NCBI RefSeq assembly: GCF_001194135.2
Contig: NC_068991.1
Span: 80,451,760-80,491,311 of the forward strand
Direction: 5' to 3'
Source: Octopus bimaculoides
Taxonomy: Eukaryota
DNA length: 39,552 nucleotides
Below the pieces are notes generated by a model, which saw only the letters and a list, made by a program, of their open reading frames with translations, made no database searches and had not been told where the DNA came from. The position numbers and the translations under genes are program-made. Below are positions 25,021 to 32,240 of this stretch, piece after piece; the stretch's first letter is position 1; every line of letters starts with the position of its first letter.

Positions 25021-27876
25021 ATACACACATACATATGTTTGTGTGTGAGAGAGAGAGATAGAGATATTATGTGTGTTTCTATGTCATTGCCTTGACATCA
25101 ATAAGTATCACCATCATAGATGTAATGTCGTTTATTTCTGACCTGCCATGCAAATATGTTCAGTGGCAAGAAAATATTACCTTTCTTGGAAACAAGGGAG
25201 GGTTGGCAACAGGAAGAGCATTTGGCCATAGAAAATTTTTTCAGTGAATTCTGGCTGACCCATACAAACAAGTGAATGGAAAAACAATAATGATGAATTT
25301 CTACAATCACAAACCATTCTGAACTTTGTGTTGTATTAGCAGAAACTTTAAATCTACACGGTAAATATTCTATCCATTCTCCACCCAAAAACACTTCTTC
25401 TCATACAACTGAGAAAACACTAAAATAACAATAGAAAAAAAAAAGAAACAAGCCTCACAGCAAAGTAAATTGGAAAGAAAAATAATATAAAAAAACACTG
25501 ACTCACACGACTAAACGATTAAGTTCCAGACACCTCATGGAACAGTAGAAATTTACATGAAACTGTTGAAAACAAGGTGGGGATGATGATGATGATGATG
25601 ATGATGATAGGAATAAGGCTAACAGCATAGCAATGATGATGATGATGTCTATTTCTTACATAGGCATAAGGCAACTTTTACTTTTTCTTTTAATGGTAAA
25701 TAGCAAAGAGCATCAGTTAAGGAATCCCTTAATTGTGAACTTCTTGATTTACCTTGTGTAGAGGAAAAACTGTGTTCCAATAAGTTGGGGACTGTTTGGT
25801 AAAAAAGTAATTGGTCTTTCTATTGTTGTAAATTCACCTGCATTTGAGAAGCAACCAAGTTCACCATAGCAAACTTCAAAGTCAAGAAAACCTATAAATT
25901 AAAATTGAAATTAATCAGGAAATATTAATCTTGAAGAAACAAAAGAGTCAAAAATAGGATGAAATTACGAAATTAAAATGTAAGACCGTTCAGTCAGCAA
26001 TAATTATTAGATTAACCATTTTATCCTGTTGTAAACAAGTCAGATTTGAACTCAGGACATGAGAGTTACTTCATATTTCTTCAGAGTTTATTTAGCAGCA
26101 TACTTTTATCATTGCTGCCATTCTATCAGACATGTTCAATTCTGTTAGGCACAGTTAAGACTCCTTTAAAAGTCCTGCTCGCATCATCATCATCATCATC
26201 ATCATCGTTTAACGTCCGCTTTCCATGCTAGCATGGGTTGGACGATTTGACTGAGGACTGGTTGTCTAGGATATTTTTTGCAGCTACAGTCTATAGAGAT
26301 GTGGTTACATAGGTGTAGGTGTGGAGATGTGGGCACAGGCATAGGAAATTTTCTTCCTATTCACATTGTTTCAGGTTCAATCCCTCTGCATAGCAACATG
26401 GAGCAAGAGTCACCTACTATATCCCTGGGCCAACCAAAGACTAATGAATGGATTTAGTAGATGTAAAACTAAAGAAGGCTGTTGTATATAAATGTATCTT
26501 CATCATCATCATCATCATCATCATTTAACACCCATTTTCTATGCTGGCATGGGTTGAACGGTTTGACAGGAGCTGCCAAGTCAGAGGACTGCCCCATGTT
26601 TTGCTGTCTCTTTTCACATAGTTTTTATGGTTAGATGAAATTGATAAAGAACAATAAAAATTCAATCCCATTGTATTGATGTAATCGGAATATTTAATGT
26701 CCCTCGACCCCTTGGATAGTAACATAGACTACCAGGGTTCAATACTGACTGCTCTGCCAGCCCTTGCCAGCCAAAGAGTCTAATGCCTAACAGCACTGGT
26801 CACTCGTCCTCTCCCAAACATTCTTGAGCTCTTGCAGACATTTAGATTGCAGACTTTTTCAGAAATGTCTTAACCCTTTTTTTGCTACCATATTCCTCTT
26901 GAAATAAACTATCTTTCATCATTATCATCATGATCAACAACAGCAACAGTAGTAGCAGCAGCAGCCATACTTGCATCAGTCAGATGAAGTTTATTGAGAC
27001 AGATTTTGTATAAGGTACTCTTCCTGTCACTAACCCTCATCTGTTTCCAAATGAAGTAATATTTTTTTATGGCCAGACATGAAATTTTGCAGAAGATTGG
27101 AAATGAATGACACTGCTTGTATGACAGTGACACTCATTTACAACTATCATGTGATGGCAAGACAAGAAGACACACATCAAACTTCTTTCAGTTCCCATCT
27201 ACCAAATCCATTCACAAGATTTTGGTCAATCTGGATCTATAGTAGCAGAAAAATTCCCTAGGTGCCACACAGTGGGACTGAATCTAAAACCATGTGGTTG
27301 GTAGGCAAACTTCTTAACCACACAGCAATGCCAATATTTTCATTTCAATTAATTTTGAAAATTTAGAAGAATTTAGTAAAATAATTGTCATTATCAATCT
27401 GGTGATTGAAACACAAATTAACACAAAATTTTGATGGAAGGTTTTGATTGAGATCAAAACTGAAAGTGTGTACCATAAAACCAGGGGTCAGTTTCAATTG
27501 GTATCAAAAGGATTAACTTTCTTAATAGCAATCCACCCAAGACTACCCCTCCTGTTTAAAATGATCTAAATTAAAAACTTCAGTCAAAATTTCATGTTAA
27601 TTTCTGTTTCAAATGCCAGCTTAAAAATGACTGAGTTGTATTTTCAGTATTTCCAAAATTTATTGAAATGAAGACAATGTGTTTCAACAGAGTAATGGTA
27701 ATGAACGGCTTAAAGAAGTGAAAATATACTGAAAACTAAAACTCACAAGTCTATAAAAAAAAAAGACAAAATCCTTCCTATAAAAAAACAAAAACAAAAC
27801 AATATGAAAAATAATTCTTACCTTCAACTATGAAGAAAATATTAAAAAGAATGGTAAAACAAAGAAAAAACTTCAT
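11831..27876 (-). CDS. Pancreatic lipase-related protein (lipase gene 1): 9 coding exons, 1461 nt, 486 aa, secreted; alpha/beta-hydrolase plus PLAT domain
   Basis: complement(join(11831..11930,13843..14025,14671..14776,17594..17824,18861..19115,22850..23078,23802..23964,25753..25891,27822..27876)). All 8 introns are GT-AG with matching phases and there is no internal stop. Motifs in order: signal peptide, [26 protein letters not shown] (Ser), GLDPAAP (Asp), DFYPNGG, CSHKR (His), PLAT, FC...PC. Confidence 0.93.
12421..12785. mobile_element. Two oppositely oriented copies of SINE-like family C
   Basis: Left arm begins catcatcatttagcatcc..catgttggcatgggtt; right arm ends atccatgctaggatagaaggaagacattaaatgatgg, the reverse complement of the same terminus. 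Confidence 0.7.
13843..14025 (-). CDS. Lipase 1 exon 8 (PLAT: GIKLLSP...[12 protein letters not shown]...[17 protein letters not shown])
   Basis: TTTTAG| acceptor, AG|GTAAGA donor; PLAT DIGEL motif. Confidence 0.9.
14671..14776 (-). CDS. Lipase 1 exon 7 (PLAT start: [35 protein letters not shown])
   Basis: TTTCAG| acceptor, GA|GTAAGT donor; phases fit both neighbours. Confidence 0.9.
16303..16501 (-). mobile_element. SINE family A copy
   Basis: Near-collinear with 31347-31557 (tattc..tctactct.ggcacaaggccc..gaaaggatgaaaggcaaagt..gacagacgaaat). Confidence 0.85.
16820..17025 (-). mobile_element. tRNA-headed SINE family D, degenerate
   Basis: cagctggagtggactgaagcaatgtggaatgaaatgtt..ggattgaaacc; similar to 35730-35910. 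Confidence 0.6.
17085..17463 (-). mobile_element. Two tandem SINE-like family C copies (old 17085-17355; young, truncated 17357-17463) with (GAT)n tails
   Basis: catcatc..tttaac.tc..ccatgct.gcatgggttggac repeated twice. Confidence 0.8.
17594..17824 (-). CDS. Lipase 1 exon 6 ([21 protein letters not shown]...YPC...GKC...MGFHAD...PYC)
   Basis: TTTGCAG| acceptor, G|GTAAGT donor; catalytic His. Not in the ORF track. Confidence 0.93.
18107..18322 (-). mobile_element. Penelope-like element reverse transcriptase fragment in lipase intron 5
   Basis: Open 71-codon stretch [51 protein letters not shown]; SFDVxxLYxNI..G.EA is the PLE RT signature. Confidence 0.75.
18404..18626. mobile_element. piggyBac-like non-autonomous element (MITE), degenerate
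   Basis: Ends ttag|cccttttgatacc ... agtaacaaaggg|ttga: inverted CCCTTT termini with eroded TTAA target sites. Partial relatives at 26870-26910 and 27340-27715. Confidence 0.55.
18861..19115 (-). CDS. Lipase 1 exon 5 (LDPAAPYF...DFVDVIHTD...[13 protein letters not shown]...KDND)
   Basis: CACAG| acceptor, A|GTAAGT donor; catalytic Asp and first lid Cys. Confidence 0.95.
19560..20395 (-). mobile_element. CR1-type LINE RT fragment, heavily frameshifted, in lipase intron 4
   Basis: [27 protein letters not shown] followed by broken NYRP/CLT/DVIYLDF.KAFDK/DDAK-like segments. Confidence 0.7.
22280..22740 (-). mobile_element. CR1/L2-group LINE C-terminal fragment (degenerate)
   Basis: [27 protein letters not shown] resembles the LYKAQVRPxxEYCSxxWxGA motif. 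Confidence 0.6.
22850..23078 (-). CDS. Lipase 1 exon 4 ([10 protein letters not shown]...[15 protein letters not shown]...SRIS-G)
   Basis: TTTTTAG| acceptor, G|GTGATT donor; GxSxG nucleophile elbow. Confidence 0.95.
23802..23964 (-). CDS. Lipase 1 exon 3 (ENPYNAST...[27 protein letters not shown])
   Basis: TTAG| acceptor, |GTACGT donor; contains the oxyanion-hole HGF motif. Confidence 0.92.
24315..24394. repeat. Five perfect tandem copies of GAGAGGGAGAATGAAA (16 bp)
   Basis: Units start at 24315, 24331, 24347, 24363 and 24379. Confidence 0.95.
24501..24789 (-). mobile_element. Young SINE-like family C copy with (GAT)n tail, cut by the N-gap at 24790-24975
   Basis: Terminus identical to 17371-17430 and 26196-26262; CpGs retained. 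Confidence 0.85.
25130..25295 (+). mobile_element. Old family C-related SINE in opposite orientation
   Basis: ggttggcaacaggaagagcatttggccatagaaa..ctgacccata..aatgatg. Confidence 0.6.
25753..25891 (-). CDS. Lipase 1 exon 2 ([16 protein letters not shown]...[16 protein letters not shown])
   Basis: TTTATAG| acceptor, AG|GTAAAT donor; matches the pancreatic lipase N-terminal VCY..LGCF...FLLYT pattern. Confidence 0.92.
26183..26262 (-). mobile_element. Very short, young family C copy (3' end plus (GAT)n tail); an older copy lies at ~26500-26640
   Basis: Exact match to the termini at 17371 and 24516. Confidence 0.8.
27822..27876 (-). CDS. Lipase 1 coding exon 1 (signal peptide [19 protein letters not shown])
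   Basis: ATG, hydrophobic 18-mer, donor G|GTAAGA; phase 1 matches exon 2. Confidence 0.85.
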
Positions 27877-28454
27877 GTCTGTTGTGAATGTAATTGAATG
27901 AAAATTAAACAACTAATAAAGAATTCCTTGAAAATTACATATTTATTGACGTAAAAGTAGATATTTTTTTCCTTATATTTTCTCTTGTGACCTATTTTCA
28001 TGTTAAACAAAACACTATGAGAATAGAACCGAATGCTAGAGTTTCTGATTTCGATGTCTAAATGATAATATTAAAAAAGGTTTCCCCCTTTGCATGCTTC
28101 CAGGATATAGGTTTATCTAGAATCTGCTATCTTTTTCAATTTCCATCTGTTTATTTTCTCATAACCTGTGAAAGGTGATAGTTCACAACCATTTTATACA
28201 TGAATTTTGTTAGCTGTAAACAATATACACCCTCACTCCATCAGCTGGTGGCTGTATAGGTTCCTGGTACGTCAATCTCAATTGCATTCTCACATATACA
28301 CACCAATGTAAGTGCACACATGCATACATATACACATACGTAAATACATACATACTCATACAAATGCACATACATACATAACAAACATACATACATACAT
28401 GCATGCACACACATGCACACATACATACATACATATATGCATGCATACATATGC

Positions 28455-29430
28455 AGACAGGTCATACTTCCGACACAGGGATGGTGGCCACGGTCTCAAA
28501 TTTGTATTCATGTCCATCTGAAATAAGGATTGTGACACTGAAACCACATCAGCAGCTGAGGAAAGAGACCAGTAACTATCTTGTCCGAGTTTGTGACCAC
28601 GAAATCAACAACATAATTAAGATGAATAATGAACTTGAGGGGAGGTATGAAATAAGAGCTGATACAGATCTCTGCCCAAGGAGCATTGGGAAAAATCTAT
28701 TTATCAGAACAACAGGGAAAATGGACGAGTTCAGAGAGAAGATTGTGCATGGCTACTTGGCATGTAAAACTCAAACCACAGAAGGCACTGAACATGTCGA
28801 AAGTTTGGCAAGGAGTACGGACAAGTTTATGACATCCCTCTTTGAAAGCTATATCCATGCAATCTAAGAACAAGAGGTCCCCAACAAGTACCTACAGTAT
28901 ACAAGGCAAAAAACATTGACAGACAACATGTGCAGGCTTTACAAAATGAAGACTGAAGATATCAACCACAGTATTGCCAACTGTGAGAGAATGTCTTCCA
29001 GATATTATCTTCCCATGAGGCATAAAATACCTACAAAGTTGACCATATTTAGATTGATGGATTAAAAGAATATTGGTGGAACTTAAGAATTAAACCACCA
29101 AGTTAAAGCACAACCAGCCAGATATTGTCGTGTGGAACCACAAAAAAAAATGTTCCATTGTGGAAATCAGCTGTCCCCTGGACATGAATGTGGTTAGAAA
29201 AATAGCAGAGAAAGAGGACATCTATGGACCATTGATAAGGAGTTTGCAAATCCAGTCTCCAAGATACACTTTTAGTTTCATACCTGTTATTAATGGAGCA
29301 ACAGGATACATACTGACCCATTCTGGGGCAAAGTATGGCTGAACTTGGAGTCCTTGTTTCATATGTAACAAATGATCTCGGCATCTGGGAGTATAAAAAT
29401 TTGCAAGACCTTCTTAAGATTTAAAGGACG
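28455..29430 (+). mobile_element. Non-LTR retrotransposon 3' part with CCHC-like knuckle and restriction-like endonuclease (R2/R4-Dong group), degenerate
   Basis: AI*EQEVPNKYL..MCRLY..EDINHSIANC..RYYLPMRH..HNQPDIVVWNH..CSIVEISCPLD.N..KEDIYGPL..FIPVI.GA.G..KICKTFL, with stops and frameshifts. Confidence 0.8.
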
Positions 29431-30371
29431 CTGGTTAAAACAAGATGCTTTCCTTCCTAGCCTTGCGAAGAAGTTGGTGGTCAGTCGAAATTTACTCTGA
29501 AACTGAAATGAGCAAGAGAAATAATACTCTTAAGATTATAAATCTGGAAAAGTCGAGGACAAGAAACGTTTTGATTGAAATGCTGCAGCTTGGGATAAAA
29601 TTTGAATAATGACAATGATTGGATTTTAATTTACAAAGTCACATTATAATTGAAAAAAGATACCATCATTTTGTTAAAATATTGACACACTAGAATATTA
29701 AAAAAATAAGAACCAGAAGTGCCAATATAGCTAAGGTTTTATGCAAAGTAGAATAGTATATGTGGTAGGCAAATTTATTATGCAAAAAACAGGCATTGGG
29801 TCAAGACTAAAAATGTGAAGATTTGGCAATAACTTAAGCAATAACTCGTGCAAATTTTACTGTGAATTTGTTATAGGTAGATTTTACTGTAATATATAAC
29901 TCATTTTTGTATTATTCTATTTATTGTACTAATTATTTACTACTATTATATTTTATAACCTATTTTCAAATTTCTAATTATTAATTAATAATTAAAAAAT
30001 GAATTTTTTTAAAGTGCAAAAAATATTTTGATTTTTAATAGAAGTAACAACTAATAAGGGATAGAAGTAATAACTTGTAATAAAATTAGTTTTAATAAAA
30101 GCTAATATTTTCTAAATCTAAATATCTTATTTGAAATTTTATCCTTAGCTGCAATATTTTAAGTAAATATTTTCTTGTCCTATACTTTACCAGATGTAAA
30201 TCTTAAGAATATCATTTCTCTTGCTCGCATTTTTAATGCTTCATTGAACACACCAGAAACGCAACACAGTTAAAACTTTGGCATTGCTTGAAGTAGTAGT
30301 ACACCTCTTCTTTGCTCCTGACTAAAAATAGATTTATCTTTCATTCCAGTTACCCCTTATTGACATTTGAA

Positions 30372-30930
30372 ATGGATAACCAAAAATTTCATATTCACGT
30401 CGTAATGCTTTTCTTTTTTTTTTAAAAAAGGAGAAAATGTTGCAAAGATTTGCAACAACATTTGTGAAGTTTATGGTGATGATGATGCTGTAAATGAATC
30501 AACTGTTCAAAGGTGATTTGCAAAGTTTAAAGCTGGAGAGTTTAGCTTGGAAGATGACAGTCGCAGTGGAAGACCTTCAGAATTAGATGAAGATGTTTTG
30601 GAGGCAAAAATCAAAGAGAACTCAAATATCACGACTAGAGAACTTGCAGAAGAGTTGGAAGTTTCTAAAAATACGGCTCATGGAACACATAGTGAAGCTA
30701 GGATACATTTCTTGCTATAATGTATGGGTCCCTCACAAACTCTCAGAAAAGAATTGCTAGGACAGGTACTCCGTTTGTGATATGCTTTTGAAACGGAATG
30801 AAGGCAAGCCTTTTTTGAAACAACTTGTGACTGGAGATGAAAAATGGATTGTGTTCGAAAACGTAGTGCGAAAAAGATCCTGGAGCTTGTGTAAGGATCC
30901 CCCCAAAACAGCAACCAAAGACAAATACCA
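30372..30930 (+). mobile_element. Mariner transposase pseudogene, 3'-truncated
   Basis: MDNQKFH..VYGDD..TVQR*FAKFKAGEFSLEDDSRSGRP..TTRELAEEL..WVPHKL..VTGDEKWI..RKRSW, with 3 frameshifts and 2 stops. The rest of the DD34D core and TIRs were not found. Confidence 0.9.
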
Positions 30931-31214
30931 ATGCCAAAAGAGAAGGTACAAAGTTTTACCTTGTATTTCTATATTTCAGGGAGGAGACCCTTTCTTCAAG
31001 ACATTTAGAAAAAAGCGGTAGTTGGAAAAAGGTCGTTACTCAGGTGTGTGTGTGTGTGTGTAGTTAAAGCACATAGTTGTATACATATGTACTGACAGGA
31101 ACCATAATCAGTCAAGAATTCCTTATACTAATCGATCGAGAATCTCTGGATTTAATCTGTTGACTCTATACATGTACGCATGTACAGAGAGAGAGAACGT
31201 GCATATGTGTGTAA

Positions 31215-31330
31215 GACCAATACTCTAGTAATTAGGGTATAAACCTCACGACTGTAAGGTCGTGAGTTTGGTTCCTGGATTGGACAGTCTTGCGCAAACT
31301 GTTTTCTTTCATCCTGACTCGAGTCAACCG
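31215..31330 (+). mobile_element. Old tRNA-headed SINE (family D-like), host of the insertion at 31347
   Basis: A-box-like tagtaattaggg, then aaggtcgtgagtttggttcctgg (B-box-like). Confidence 0.5.
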
Positions 31331-31346
31331 AGATGAAATTAATATT

Positions 31347-31577
31347 CTTTTCTACTCTAGACACAAGGCCCGAAATTTTGGGGAAGGGGGCCAGTCGATT
31401 AGATCGACCCCAATGCGCAGCTGGTACTTAATTTATCCACCTTGAAAGGATGAAAGGCAAAGTCGACCTCGGCGGAATTTGAACTCATAACGTAAAGACA
31501 GACGAAATACCGCTAAGCATTTCGCCCGACGTGCTAACGTTTCTGCCAGCTCGCCGCTAAGCGTTTCGCTCGGCATT
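31347..31577 (-). mobile_element. Young full-length SINE family A copy with a 16-bp target-site duplication
   Basis: Minus strand GCGGCGAGCTGGCAGAAACGTTAGCACG..GAGTTCAAATTCCGCCGAGG.. (A/B-box-like). AGATGAAATTAATATT flanks it at 31331-31346 and 31578-31593. Confidence 0.9.
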
Positions 31578-32060
31578 AGATGAAATTAATATTAGCCAAG
31601 TAATGATACAACTTTGTCTCCCTCCGCTGTGTCAAAGGGTGGGAGAGTCAAGAGGCTGTTTGTGACTAGAGAAGCACCTAAAACAATTTGTGAAAACATA
31701 CTACATGCTACCAAGCCATACTTGTTTGCGATTGATAGCAGGGGTAGATATAGACCAGATATTCACAATGTGTTGACCGCTTGCTACCTTTCGCCTACTT
31801 GATCATTTCTAAGGTAGCCATAGAGAAGACGTTTGTATAAAGAAGAAAAATTTCAGATTGTACAACAAAAAATATTTAAAAGTATATTTTTTAAAATGTC
31901 TTTCTGAACGGCGTGTCTCAAAATTCAACTTATAAGTAATTAATCCCTTGGATTAATATAAATAAAAATAGAAAGATGTCTGCAGGACACGAACCACGCA
32001 GCTTTCTGTCTTTATTCCATCCAAGCAATATATCATAAGCTATCATTTGTAGTTGAATAT

Positions 32061-32240
32061 AAGGCGGCTAGCTGGCAGAATCGTTGGCATTTCGTCTGAC
32101 TCAACGTTCTGAGATCAAATTTCCCCTTTCATCCTTTTGGAATCGATAAATTAAGAACCAGTTAAGCACTGGGATCGATGCAATTGACTATTCGCTTCCT
32201 ACAATATTTCAGGTCTTCTACCTAGAGTAGGAAGGCTTCT
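32061..32240 (+). mobile_element. SINE family A, degenerate, internally deleted
   Basis: ggcggctagctggcagaatcgtt..gttctgagatcaaatt..cctttcatcc..gataaattaagaaccagt. Confidence 0.75.

Noticed and set aside
28160-28198. TATAAAA at 28192-28198 (-) with an initiator-like TTCACAG about 29 nt downstream, as the lipase 1 promoter
   Set aside because: Spacing is plausible, but the motif is common in such AT-rich DNA and the implied leader contains upstream ATGs. Not supportable without TSS data.
31347-31577. tRNA-like A/B boxes here and in other SINE heads
   Set aside because: No complete cloverleaf or anticodon arm; they continue into SINE bodies with tails and a TSD, so they are not tRNA genes.
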